Source: Octopus sinensis
Lineage: Eukaryota
DNA length: 64,000 nt
Assembly: GCF_006345805.1 (NCBI RefSeq)
Contig: NC_043007.1
Location: 63,116,001-63,180,000, forward strand
Reading direction: 5' to 3'
Shown: positions 1 through 12,640 of the stretch, piece after piece
Layout of the letters: every line of letters starts with the position of its first letter
Position numbering within the stretch: position 1 is the stretch's first letter
Position numbers and translations under genes: made by a program
The notes under the pieces: model-generated
What the model was told of the DNA's origin: nothing
Database searches by the model: none
The model's input: the letters and a program-made list of their open reading frames with translations, nothing else

Positions 1-61
1 ATATGCAAAAGAAACTAATAAATTATAGTAACTAAGGAATTTATATACAGTTATAAATATT

Positions 62-1146
62 TAGGTGTGAAAAAAGTATTTGTACAGAATAAATTTATGA
101 TTTTCTATGCCACAAAATACTGTTAAAATATTTTTTTTACTAGAACTTTCTCGTTTGTTCAAATAATCTTATGTCATTTTTAAGTGTCAAAACTCTAGCT
201 TCTTCATTCAGCATTGAGACAACATAAAGTTGTATCGTAATAAAGGCAAAAAGTAAAGAACTCACAAATTCAGTGAAAAACTTAATTATTGAACAGTGGA
301 AAGCAGATAAAAGTTACAGGAAAATATCAGAGACCCTTTGTATTCTATTTTCTACCATATCTTCATATATTCAAAGTTATAAAATAATCGGGAACTGTTG
401 AAAACAGAATGAGATCCGGTGCACCACGCAAGATTTCCCCTAGATCTTTAAGAAGAATGAAGCGAAGAATTGGAAAAAATGCAATGATCACCAGAAAGGA
501 GTTGTAAGAAGATTTGTTAGCTTCAGGGACTAGTGTTACACTATGAACAATCAGCAATGAACTTCATAGGAATGAACTGAAATCACGCTCTCCTAGAAAA
601 ACTTCGCTGTTGACTAAAAGGCATAGAGATGCCCATTTAAAATTTGTTTATGAACATAAAGATAAATCTGAAACATTCTGAGAAAATGTTCTATGGACAG
701 ACGAGTCGAAAATTGAATTGTTTAGACAAAATTCGCGTAGCCATGTTTGGAGGAAAGATGGTACAGCCTATTTGCCGCAAAACACAATTCCTACTGTAAA
801 GTTTGGAGGTGGCAACATCATGGTGTGGGAGTGTTTCTCTGCAAATGGTACTGGCAATTTACATGTGATAGATGGTAGAATGAATGCAGAGATGTACCAA
901 AATATTTTGAACAATGATTTATGGGACTCTGTAGAAAAGCCCCAGCTTTGTGAAGGGTGGGTTTTACAACAGGATAACGATCCTAAGCAAACGGCAAAAT
1001 CTACCAAAAAATGGATTGTCAATCACAATATAAAATTATTAGAATGGCCAAGCCAGTCACCTGACTTGAACCCCATTGAAAATTTGTGGCAATATTTGAA
1101 AATTAAAATTCATTCAAGAGCCCCCCACCATGCATTGCAGATTTGA
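62..1146 (+). mobile_element. Tc1-like (DD34E) DNA transposon, degenerate transposase at ~243-1122, cut by the assembly gap
   Basis: Translation gives an HTH N-terminus (AKSKELTNSVKNLII...SYRKISETL) with stops and frameshifts, then [33 protein letters not shown] and [15 protein letters not shown]; 34 residues separate the second D and the E. The left end resembles a Tc1 TIR (ggtgtgaaaaaagtatttg). Confidence 0.92.
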
Positions 1147-1152
1147 AGAAAA

Positions 1153-1252
1153 NNNNNNNNNNNNNNNNNNNNNNNNNNNNNNNNNNNNNNNNNNNNNNNN
1201 NNNNNNNNNNNNNNNNNNNNNNNNNNNNNNNNNNNNNNNNNNNNNNNNNNNN
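1153..1252. other. Assembly gap (100 N)
   Basis: Run of exactly 100 Ns, typical of a scaffolding gap of unknown size. Confidence 0.99.
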
Positions 1253-1328
1253 TTATCCTACATTAGATATATATATATATATATATACACATACATATTA
1301 TATATATACATATATATATATCCACATA

Positions 1329-2530
1329 CACACGGGCTGGACAAAATAATCGAAACACCTTAAAATTTCAAACAAATTTATTTTAATATGGGGTAGAACC
1401 GCCTTTGGCAGTAATTACAGCTTGAATTCTATGAGGTGTGGAGTTGTGCAAACTTTGAATTGTTTCCAAAGGAATTTTTGTCCATTCTTCAGCTAAAACA
1501 GTCTCCAGTTCTTGTAGTGACAATGGTGGAGGTTATCGACACCTTGTTTTTCTAAAATGCACCATAAATGTTCAATAATATTGAAATCTGGGGACTGTGG
1601 TGGCCAGATAAGATATTCAACTTCACTAGAATGTTCCTCATGCCATTCAGTAACAACTTTAGCCATGTGCATTGGTGCATTATCATCCTGAAAGATTGCG
1701 TTTCCCTCCAGAAACAGTTCGCAACCATAGGATGAATTTGATCAGAAAAAATGTTTAAATAGTCTTGACTATTAATTCTGCCTATTAATTTCCAAGACAT
1801 AGCCCCCCACTCCGATCATCACAGATCCTTCTCTATGTTTAACAGTTGGAAGAAGGCTGTCTTAGTCAAATGCTTCTTTTGGCTGTCTCCATACGTATAC
1901 TCGGCCAGTGGTTGGAAATAAGGTAAAGGATGATTTGTCCAAGAAAATAACATTCTTCCACTGCTCAAGGGACCGATTCTGTAGGCTTTTACTCCACTCT
2001 AAATGCTTTGCAACGTTTGTTTTTGAAAGTAGTGGTTTTTGGATTGCAGCCCTTATGTGAAATCTAGCTTTGTGCAGCTCCTGGCAAACAGTTTTTGTGG
2101 AAAGTGGTTTCTTGAGGTGGTCATTAAGCTCTGCAGTAATTTTGGGAGCTGCACTTTTGTGATCCTTTCTAACAATTCACATAAGAGTCCAACGGCCTAT
2201 CTGAAAATTTTGGTTTTCTCCCGGAGCTTTGTTTCGACGAGGAGGTTTTCCTCTCTTTCTCAAAAGCTGTCATTACTTTCAAAACAGTACTTCTTGACAC
2301 CAAACATTTCAACAGTTTTCGTTACATTAGAACTTCCTATATGAGCACCAACAATTTGACCTCTTTGAAAGCCTGATAGATCTGTTATTTTAATGAATTT
2401 TAATTACTTTTTTCTGAGGGTATCTGAAAAGAAACAGCAATTTTAGCAAAACATATTAAGCAACACTTATAACAAGTCCAAAAACATAAAAGTAAACAAA
2501 CTTTTGATGGTTTTATAGATATTTCAAAAT
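1329..2530 (-). mobile_element. Second Tc1-like transposon (different family), transposase pseudogene ~1383-2388
   Basis: Minus-strand fragments: TDLSGFQRGQIVGA, SGRKPKFSDRD, FQDDNAPMH, WPPQSPDFNIIEHLW, and C-terminal ELETVLAEEWTKIP...AKGGSTPY*. The TIR-like cacgggctggacaaaataatcgaaacacc starts at ~1331; the other TIR is degraded. Confidence 0.88.
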
Positions 2531-2772
2531 TATGATGCTACGGTAGAGTTAGTGGTTGGAATAACCGTTTAAGGGATAAGAATATCCGTTTTTACTACTA
2601 TAGAATATGACGAATATTATTCTCAGAATTTTCTTTGGCAGCACTGATGGACATTGAAAGCAAAAATGGCTGTTAGAAATGATAAAGTTTTGTATTAAAA
2701 AAAAATAATAATCAATGGTAATCAATTTGTTTGTTGATCAAGAATTTTCTCCATTTTCTGCTTAATTCTTAT

Positions 2773-3050
2773 CATCATCATCATCGCCGTTGTTTAACGT
2801 CCGCTTTCCATGCTAGCATGAGTTGGATGATTTGACTGAGGACTGGCAAGCCAGATGGCTGCATCAAACTCCAATCTGATCTGGCAGAGTTTCTACAGCT
2901 GGATGCCCTTCCTAACTCTAACCACTCCAAGAGTGTAGTGACTGGCAACAGTCACACTCAAATGGTGTTTTTTATGTGCCACTTGCACAGGAGCCAGTCC
3001 AGCAGCACTAGCAACGACCTCACTCGAATTTTTTTCCACGTGCCACTGAC
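2773..3050 (-). mobile_element. RTE-related 3' tail / SINE with (GAT)n terminus
   Basis: catcatcatc...tttaacgtccgctttccatgctagcatg...gatgcccttcctaa motif that recurs many times in the window; the same tail is attached to the RTE ORF copy at 38745-41100. Confidence 0.7.
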
Positions 3051-4459
3051 ACCAACAGTCAATCTACTTCATTTTGTTTAATATATAAAGGAAGATATAG
3101 ATTCAAAATTAAAAGAAGAGTGCCATTGTCATCTAGTGAACGATATTTCGACATCTTGTGTGTCTTCAAAAGGTTCAAAAAAATAATTTTGTCAATCCAC
3201 TTCATTTAGGTTAATATATAAAAGATTGAGGTACCTTCTCCAGAAGATTTATTAATGCTTAACAACTGAATGAATTTATTAAAAGCATCTAAATATGAAA
3301 CATCACGAAAACTGTTTAAACTGAAGTCCTTCTTGAGCGACACATTCTTCCATTTGAGTCAATACCGAATTACAGATAGTATTTATAGAATTTTGATTTA
3401 CTGTCGGGTGACTTTTGGCCAACCCTCTCTATGTGTATGTGTGCGAAAGAAATAGAGGTAACAACCATACTAAGGGAACTAACTGTTAAGCAATGTTAGA
3501 AGGGAGATAACTCAAAAATTAGGCGGCAGAGTGGGATGACTTGAAAATTCTATAACATTATAATAAGCTTCATTAAAAGGTGAGCTATTTTTTGTAATTT
3601 TTCTCAGTATGAAAAAAATAATGTTTTACGGTAATTTGACAGAAAATGTCATTATATATCTCTCTTTTTTTTATTCTTTTACTTGTTTCAGTCATTTGAC
3701 TGTGGCCATGCTAGAGCACTGCCTTTAGTCAAGCAAATCGACCACAGGACTTAATCTTTATAAGCCTAGTACATATTCTATTGGTCTCTTTTGCCAAACC
3801 GCTAAGTTACAGGGACGTAAACACACCACCATCGGTAGTCAAGCGATGTTGGGGTGAAATTAAATGAGAAACAATCATTAATATCAAATTGCAGTTCTTA
3901 TTTTGAATGTTTATCATTCATATGAAATTTAAGGTGACCACTACCAATAACAACAATGGAAGACAGATAAATAATCTTATATTCCTGTGGTAGCAGACAG
4001 AAGGACGAATATCTTACAGGAGTAACAAACCAAATAGTTATTATGGATATGCTGAAACATGAAATTAACCTTGATTCAAAGCATGAAAATATTAGGTAGC
4101 ACTCAAAGTACTTAAACTGCACTATACTATTTCACTATTACACTATATTACTCAAATGAAAAAGAAATATATAAATAAAACACAACAATCAAAAATATCA
4201 TCATCCACTCTTGCTGTCTTTATTATTCTAACTTGTAATAAAGATTTTAACTAGACACAAGACTTTATTTGTAAAAGAGCAGAATATATCATAGTTTGTA
4301 ATTACATTTTTCTGGCAACCTTGAACAAATAACCCCAATGAGAATTGAACTCAGAATGGGAATTGGGATACAATAAAGATTCCAGTCTGTCTCTCAATTA
4401 ACTATTTTATTACAGCCCCTATGATAACAAGCAATTGTTACTGTTAACCCCTCACATCA

Positions 4460-4890
4460 GAATCATTAGCATGTCAGGCAAGATTCTTAGTGACATTTCG
4501 TCCGTTTTTACATTCTGAATTCAAATTCCACCAAGGTCAACTTAACTTTTCATCCTTTCAGATTAACTTGGATCAATGTAATTGACTTAATCTTTACCCG
4601 AACTTGCTGGCCTTGTACCAAAATTTGAAACCAATGTTATTTTCAACATGCTTATCATATTACATAGTTTTTAGATATTGATTTCAAATTTGGGCACAAG
4701 GCCAGCAATTTCAGGGGATGGTGTAAGTTGATTACATCAACCCCAGTACTCAACTGGTACTTATTTTATCGACCCTGAAAGGATGAAAGCAATGTTGACC
4801 TCGGCAGTATTTGAACTCAGAATGTAAAAATGGATGAAATGCTGCAAAGTATTTTGTCCAACATGATAACGATTCTGCCAGCTCGCCACC
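4460..4890. mobile_element. Two oppositely oriented copies of a SINE family (core ttttatcgaccctgaaaggatgaaag)
   Basis: ~4460-4625 (+) and ~4680-4890 (-) share sequence with copies at ~20170-20380 and ~54548-54755. Confidence 0.65.
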
Positions 4891-5720
4891 TTACATTGTT
4901 TTTAGATGTTAACATGATAATTCAGATGTTTAGAATATATACTATGTGCAAAGCTAAGAATTTATAAATCAATGCTGCTAATCCACTAAATATCTATTAC
5001 AGAAAAATAAGTCTTTCAATAATTCCTTTTTCATTAGCTTGTTACAATAAATCTGATGAAGGTAATGGGCAACAAACAATATCAGTTTGTGTGCTCCCTT
5101 GAAGTTAAAGTTTTGTGGTGCTTCAATGATTCCATTGGTTAAAGAACATTACTACTGCAAATTCTCTTCAATAAGAAGCTCTCATACATTTCTAGATATG
5201 CCATACTTGAGTATGGCATATCTAGTGAAACCATAATTGTGGCTGATGCTGGTGTCACATAACAGGCATGTAAAAAGCACCCTTCAAATGTTGGCCTTCA
5301 CAGAGGTAATAAGTGACGAAGACCTTTGGTGATATGCTATGCTTGAAAAAACTTGTGAAGTCGAATAAAATCATAGTTTGGGCCAATGCTAGTGTCATGT
5401 AACTGGTACTCATGATGGTAGCACATAAAAAGCACCCATTACACTCTTGGAGTAATTGGCTTCAGAAAGAGCATACAGCAGTAGAAACTATGCCAAATCA
5501 GATGGGAATCTGCTATAGCTCTCCAGTTTATCAATTTCAGTCAAACTGTCTAACATATGCCAGCATGGAAAACAGACACTAAGTGATGATGATGATGATG
5601 ATACATTCCATGTATTTTTCATTCTTGCATGAATTGAGGAATTTTGCAGTATGACATCTCTCCAGTTTTATTTGTCTTTGGTCAATACTTATCAGATTCC
5701 TGTTTTTCATAGATTCTAGT

Positions 5721-5749
5721 TCACCTCACTTCACCTCCTCCAATTTCCC
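5721..5749 (-). CDS. EGLN1: Tentative terminal coding exon 5 of EGLN1 (…R-EIGGGEVR*)
   Basis: Acceptor tttctttcag at 5750-5759 (minus). It is phase-1 compatible with the exon 4 donor and reaches a stop after 9 codons, giving a 170-bp intron. There is no homology support because PHD2 C-termini are poorly conserved. Confidence 0.25.
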
Positions 5750-5919
5750 CTGAAAGAAACTATCAATTACCACTTAAATGAGCATTTTACATTTTTATCT
5801 CTTTTGAGATAAGTGTGAATAAAAACATGCATTTAAGGGCCCTATTTTAGTTGTGCTATGCACTAAAATGAATATATGTATTGATAAAATAATAAAGACA
5901 TTCTGTAGCAAGCACTTAC

Positions 5920-5978
5920 TTAGTTTGTCAGCAGCTGCTTTTTCTTCTGCATCATAGTACCATACTGTAATTGCATAG
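5920..5978 (-). CDS. EGLN1: EGLN1/PHD2 coding exon 4 (59 bp): (R)YAITVWYYDAEEKAAADKL
   Basis: Acceptor ttttctcttcag and donor gtaagt. Completes the 2-oxoglutarate-binding Arg codon begun in exon 3 (CG|C) and matches the PHD motif RYAITVWYFD. Confidence 0.93.
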
Positions 5979-6476
5979 CTGAAGAGAAAATTAAAACATT
6001 GTACATTGATATTAGTAATATTGTGTGAAACCTTGTAATGATAATATAGCTCTTATAATAACTAGTAATAAGGGTTTCTCACAGTCACAACAGCACAGCA
6101 GGATAACCAAACTAAAATCAACCAAACAACCAACTCTAGAACTTGACTTCTGGCACTGACAACTTTATAAACTTAGAACATAGACATAAATATTGTAGAA
6201 TATATTTTTGTGCTATGGGGGAAGAAAAGTTACATGTTTCAGGTATTACCCTTTACCATATAGAGATAAAATGTTAAAAAGTATCCACCATTTGAACTAT
6301 TTGTATTACTATTTGCTGACACAAATGGCTTTGGGCAGTTTGGTAACGAAAGGGTTAAGAGTTGTAAGATATATTAAAAATATATTTTATGTAATACAAA
6401 CATTACCTGATACAAAACTTAATACACAATGTAAGCGGTCAGGAACAGTCCAGCCCAGTGTGATTTAGCTTTATAG

Positions 6477-6503
6477 ACACACACACACATGCACACACAC
6501 ACA

Positions 6504-6570
<67 letters not shown>

Positions 6571-6572
6571 AC
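6477..6572. repeat. (CA)n microsatellite in EGLN1 intron 3
   Basis: Near-pure CA run seen directly. Confidence 0.95.
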
Positions 6573-7096
6573 AAACACATTCACGTATATATGTATGCAT
6601 GTATGTATGTATTAGAAATATGGATAAGATAATAAAGTTAAAACTGCTGTAGAAAGCAGTGGGAAGAAACGTGAAACTAAGTGTAATGCAGGTTAAGTGA
6701 AAGGAGAAATAGTTTTTACATAGGGTAAGCACAGTCAGTAACTTCAGATATAGTAGCAAATATTGGGAAATATAAGAAAATGTTTGTTTAACAAACATTT
6801 TGGCTTAGACATAATCTAAAATGTGAATGTGCTTTGGTACTTGTCCTAGATCTGTAATCTTGTACAGAGCATATATGTAATTTATCTGACAACAGGATTA
6901 TCAATTTGAATAACTATGTTCAGTAATCATGACTTGGTACTGCTTAAACTGTTGACTTGAAAGTTTTAAAGTAAACATCATACAATGGTAGAGAAAAAGA
7001 AGGAAAAGGCTGAAGTCCAAGAAAGAAAGGAAAGGCTGAGGTCCAAGAAAGAAAGAATATATGTTGAGTAAAAATAGAAAACAAAATAGCTATTTA

Positions 7097-7234
<138 letters not shown>

Positions 7235-7399
7235 CTATTTAAAGAAACAAATAGCAATGACAAGATTATTTCTGAAAGGAAAAATCTAAGAAAATTTTTA
7301 ACATTAATTTTAGCACTCCCAGTTTTATAAATAACTAGGTCTTTACTTGTCACTACGCTGCTGGTAAAAATATTTGTTAATCACGCACATATATTTTCT

Positions 7400-7920
7400 T
7401 AAAAGTAGACTGTTATATAGTGAAAGTCTTGCTAGTTACTCAGGTGATAATATACTCCCTATCTATCTTTCACACACAGACACACATGCTCTCTCTCTCT
7501 CTCTCTCCATAACCTGTTTTTTTCTTGAAACAAATTTTAATTCTATCATTCAAACACACACACTCTCTCTCTCTCTTAAGAACAATCTGTTGTTATAGTG
7601 AAAGTCTTTTTAAAGTCTGTGTTGCATTGTCTCTATATTGAAAGACATACAGAAACACACAAACGCCCAAAAAAGAAACTATAGTGTTATATAGTGAAAG
7701 TCTTCTTTTTTTTAAGTCTGTGTTGCATTGTGTTGACAGACAGATTTTATCAAAACTTGTTAATTACAATGGTGACAACACTACCTATCGATCTATCTAT
7801 CACACTCTCTTTATTTCACTGTATTTCTCTCTCAACAACAACGTTTTCTCCTCCCTTTCTTCCCCTCCTTCACATATATCTTGTGACAGACAGACAGACA
7901 GACAGAAAGAGATCAGCCTC
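7400..7920. repeat. Composite repeat with three tgttatatagtgaaagtctt-headed subunits and (CT)n/(GACA)n tracts
   Basis: Motif recurs at ~7411, ~7589 and ~7685. Possibly a non-autonomous Helitron-like element (inference). Confidence 0.5.
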
Positions 7921-7970
7921 TATAAAATAAGATTTTAGTTTTCTTTATTTTTTTTTATTTACTAGACACT

Positions 7971-8108
7971 GGCATGGCTGCATGGTTAAGAAGTTTGCTT
8001 CCTAACCACATGATTTCAGGTTCAATCCCACTATGTGAAACCTTGAGCAAGTGTCTTCTACTAAAGCCCTGGGCCAACCAAAACCTTGTGAATGAATTTG
8101 GCAGATGG
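7971..8108 (+). mobile_element. tRNA-derived CORE-like SINE, 5' part
   Basis: ggcatggctgcatggttaag (box A-like), ggttcaatccc (box B-like), then accttgagcaagtgtcttctact; multi-copy in the window. Confidence 0.75.
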
Positions 8109-9077
8109 ACAGTGTGTTTATGTTTCCTTGTTTTTCATTAAATAATACTTATAAACAAATATCACTATCATAAAAGCAGTGACCATTGTTTCCAATCTTC
8201 TGTGAAAACATATCTAGCCATGGGGAACTATTAATTTGTTTGTAAACAGGTAAGAGTTAATGACAAGAAGGGCTGTAGAAAATCTGCTTCAAAAATTCCA
8301 TCTGGCTCATGCAAGCATGAAAAAGCGGGCATTAAACTGATGACAAAGTAGTTGCAATAAATTTTCAGTAAACAAAAAAAAAAGACTCAATTGACACTTT
8401 GTAAAGTTATTTAAATAGCTATCAAGATATGAAAGCTACTAATACTGAATACCATTCCTGAAAAGTTTGATGCATTCAAATCTTGTCACAAAACACTGTG
8501 GTACATAAATTAATCTAATTCTCTTTGTTAATTTAGTCAAATATATCATCATCATTAACATCTAGCTTCTATGCTGATATGGGTTAAATGTTTGACAGGA
8601 TCTGACAAGTCAGAGGACTTCATCATGCATTAATGTCTTCTTTGGTTGGATTTCTACAGCTGGATGCCCTTCTTAACACCAAAATGTTAACAGTCTGATT
8701 TATAGTGCAAAATACCTGAATATTTCAGAAGTATAAAAATTTAAATGTGAAACAATTAAAGAATAAATTATTTTCTATTCTCAATGGCATTTGAAACTGC
8801 ATACTAACTTTTCAATGAAACAATATTTTTAATGAATAATTTTAATAACCGCAATGTTCCAGTATATGCTGTCTGTATATTTTGTGAAACGACTGTCCTC
8901 AGATACTGTTGTAGTTACTGGTAGAATACTTAAAGTAATCGTAATATGATAACAATATATACTAATTTAAATGTGAAACAATGAAAGACTAAGTTATTTT
9001 CTCTCTTCCATGGCATTTAAAACTACAAACTATCTTTTTTGGAAATATAATTTTTAAATGAGAAATGTTAATAGCAT

Positions 9078-9950
9078 ATCTGAGACTGCTCCTGTACAAT
9101 GTTCATAGTCCAACCTCATTCTAAAGCCTCAAAATATATGCTTGCAACATATCGTGAAGCTTACCAAATAAGATACCTCTTGGAAGATAATGCAGACTGG
9201 AACAGTATCTTGAAAGAGGTTGAAGTTCACATTTTCCAAACAAGGTGAAGAACTTCATTGTTAACGTTTTCTGTGCCAATTCACCATCTAATACTTAGCA
9301 ACTCTAAAGTAATCTCCAAGACCACATGACAGAAGACATACTGTATCATACACAACAAAGCTCAGAAGACCCACACCAAGAGTTTACCTCTACCAAGTAC
9401 AACCAGATACTAAACCTCATTGAAAATACTGTTCAGCCCATGGCTGATAAGATCTTGAACAGTGTCCCAGCTCCAGGATGAATTGCAGGTGTAACTCTCA
9501 GTCATGAGATTTTTCAGCTAACCAGCTATGACATTCAGCAAATGGAGCAATATGTATGCCAAAATGAGTTACTCTTAGAGCCAGATACAAAAGAAAAAAG
9601 AGCTTAAAAAATTATCAAACAACTGATGTCACCTGACTCCAGAGGAATAATTTTCCTTGATATTTCTGGTGGAACAGGAAAAACTAATCTCAACAAAGTC
9701 TGTTCACTTGAGCAAATTGCTATGGTATTAGATATATCTGAAATTGTTGTAACTATGCTCACAAGGAGTAGGACTTCTCATACTGCTTTTAAGCTGCCAC
9801 TCAACCTTTCACATAGTGACAACCCTGTGTTCAATATTTATAAAGGATCTGGACAGGATGAGGTTCTGAAGTAGACCAAGCTGGCAGAATAAAGAGTGTG
9901 CATAATGATACATAGACTTACATTTGAGGTCCTCTATCATACCTTAGAAG
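9078..9950 (+). mobile_element. Helitron RepHel fossil, part 1 (inter-domain region and Pif1 helicase motifs)
   Basis: LRLLLYNV..PTSF, LLEDNADWNSILKE, IFLDISGGTGKT (Walker A), RTSHTAFKLPLNL, IMIHRLTFEVLYHTL: all typical Helitron helicase motifs, with frameshifts. Confidence 0.88.
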
Positions 9951-10650
9951 TAGGGCCGTCACTAAGTCTCTGCAACCCCTGTGACTGCAGGGAGCCTCCG
10001 CAGTTGAGGGGGGGGCATGTTCAGATCAGAGTACATAGATGAGTCATCTATTTACTTTGGTTAAGAAGTTAACTGAAAATTTCAAGGCAGACAAGGAAAA
10101 AAATATGAGGATGTACCATAAATAAATTTAAAAGAAACAAAAAAAGTAAATGAAGAAAGCTTGCCAACGAATTCCCTAGGGAGATAAAAGAAAAATGAAA
10201 GAAATCTAAAAGGATGAAAATAAGAACAACTTCAACAGAAAAGACAAGAAAAAGAAACAATGGTGATGAAAGGTGAGGATGTCTACTTATACATACATAT
10301 AAACATACACACAGGCATACACACACACAGGCATACACACACACACATGACTGGCTTTTTTCTGTTTCCGGCTACCAAATCCATTCACAAGGCTTTGGTC
10401 CGCTCCCTATGATAGATAGATAGTGGGGTACCAAACAAACACACATCTCTTAATCTCTGTCTCTCCACCTTTCTCTTTTCATCTCTCTCTCTCTTTGTAT
10501 AGCTGGCCACTTTGTACCCAAAACAGAGGCCTTTGACCTCCTAAGGCAATAAAAACTGGAGACAAAATTCTTTCTGTACCAAAAGCAAGATGTGTTGCAT
10601 GCACACACACACACAGAAGTTTGTATGTGTGTATATATATCTATCTAGAC

Positions 10651-11015
10651 TCTTTATGTTTTTACGTGTTTGATTGTGGCCATGCTAGAGCACTGCCTTT
10701 AGTCAAGCAAATCAACCTCAGGACTTATTCTTTGTAAGCCTAGTACTTATTCTATCGGTCTCTTTTGCCAAACCGCTAAGTTACAAGGACATAAACACAC
10801 CAGCATTGGTTGTCAAGTGATGTTGTGGGGACAAACAAACACACATATATATACATATATACAACGGGCTCCTTTCAGTTCCCGTCTACCAAATCCACTC
10901 ACAAGGCTTTGGTTGGCCCGAGGCTATAGCAGAAGACACTTGCCCAAGGTGCCACGCAGTGGGACTGAACCCGGAACCATGTGCTTCGTAAGCAAGCTAC
11001 TTACCACACAGTCAC
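10651..11015 (-). mobile_element. Near full-length tRNA-derived CORE-like SINE
   Basis: Same family as 23141-23560 (+), 20770-21160 (-), 3670-3850 (-), 17950-18070 (-) and 60190-60345 (-). Confidence 0.8.
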
Positions 11016-11032
11016 TTCTATGCCTATCTATG

Positions 11033-11090
<58 letters not shown>

Positions 11091-11614
11091 TAAATAGATA
11101 GATAGATAGATACAGATATTCTTTGCTCACTGTCACCAAGCATCTCAATTCTTCAGCTGTAACTAGTTTGTGATCAAGGGCTTTTTATTTTGCAAAGTAT
11201 TATTTTTTACTCGAATTTGTGATTTCAGACAAACGTAAGAAATTCTTCATATTTTGCATCTTTGGTATTTTGACTTTATAGTTTGAACTGTAGTATTGTC
11301 TAACCGATCGAAATATTGCAACAGCTAACAATAAAATATAGAATTTAAAAAAAGGCTTTTTAGACTGCTTTTTATTCTTTTACTTGTTTCAGCCTTTAGC
11401 CGAGAAAGAAAGCCTTTAGCCAAGAAAGAAAGCCTTTAGTCAAGAAAGAAAGCACAAATCTGGAGACAGAAGATATACAGGACTGCCCTTTAACTGCATA
11501 AAGTAAGTTAAATACTTTTCAAATTTTAAATTTTAAGGTCAGTTGGTTGATATGTTTCATTAAAATCTTCCGCATAGCCAAAATGTGCTGCAAAATTGTT
11601 TTATCGATTAATTT

Positions 11615-12120
11615 ATGGCAAAAATACATTTGCAGTGTATTACAAGGTTAATTAAAATAACAAAAGTAATGCTTGAGGGTGCACCCTACCCCACCCCCTC
11701 CATTTTCACAGAAAAATGCATTTGTGGTGTATCAAGAACTCAACTAAGATGAGATATAAAATGTTGAAAAAAAATTTCTGTTGAAATCAGGGCCGGAGGA
11801 TTCCCAAGGGTGCACCCTATCCCACCCCCTCTGTTTTCCACAGGAAAAATACATTTGCAGTACAGAAAGAGGTTGACAAAGATGATAACTTTAAAAAAAG
11901 AATGCTGAAATTCCGAGGTTCCATCCACCCACTCCATTTTTCACAGGAAAAAATGTATTTCCCACTCATTATGAGGTCAATTAAGATGATTTAAATGAAA
12001 AAAAACGTGGGAGACAGGATCAGAAAGGGGGATTTCCGAGGGTCTGCCCCACCCTCACCTCCTCCATTTTCCATGGCAAAAACGCATTTCTGACAACTTA
12101 CGAGGTCAACTAAGATGATT
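11615..12120. repeat. Diverged ~120-bp tandem minisatellite (about 4 units) inside the hAT element
   Basis: Recurrent gagggtgcaccctaccccaccccctccattttcacag(g)aaaaatgcatttg...gaggtcaactaagatga, starting at ~11676, ~11808, ~11917 and ~12039. Confidence 0.75.
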
Positions 12121-12514
12121 GCACCAAAAAAAAAAAAACCAGGAAAAAAATTATTTACAACCGAAATCGAGCTGGGTGTGGAACTAAAAAAAATTACCTG
12201 AACTTCTTTGCATTCAGTTGTTATTTTGAAATGCTTGTCTTCTGATATTTGCGAGTCCATTGAATATATATTCAGCCCCTATTAAGTGTTGGCCTTCCTA
12301 AACATGAAATAATACGATAGTTCCAGCCCTAAATAAATTTAACTTATACTTTTAAAGATGTTCTTTAGGATAACATGAAATATTGAACTTCAGATAGAAT
12401 AAAGTAAAATATAGCTATGAATAAAAGGTGCGTAGGTTATGAATTTTGATTGAAGAGATGGAGCCTCGAAATAAAAAGTTGCAAGCGGCCTCTAAAAGTA
12501 ATGCGACGGCCCTA

Positions 12515-12640
12515 CTTACAAGATCTCAGAATATCATTAACAGCATGAATGGAGTCACAGTCTTGCTCTCTGGCGATTTCTGACGAACTCAGTCAATTCA
12601 TTAAAAAGGCACAACTGCTGATAATTTAAAAATATGCCTG
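12515..12640 (+). mobile_element. Helitron helicase fossil, part 2
   Basis: LQDLR...MNGVTVLLSGDF*RT (consensus GGVTVLLSGDFRQTLPV), collinear with part 1. Confidence 0.8.

Larger units (their letters stand above)
9951..12514. mobile_element. Non-autonomous hAT-type DNA transposon (2564 bp) inserted in the Helitron, itself carrying later SINE insertions
   Basis: Perfect 10-bp TIRs TAGGGCCGTC (9951-9960) and GACGGCCCTA (12505-12514). The 8-bp flanks CTTAGAAG (9943-9950) and CTTACAAG (12515-12522) match 7/8, indicating a TSD. Removing the element rejoins FEVLYHTL-QDLR. Confidence 0.85.
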
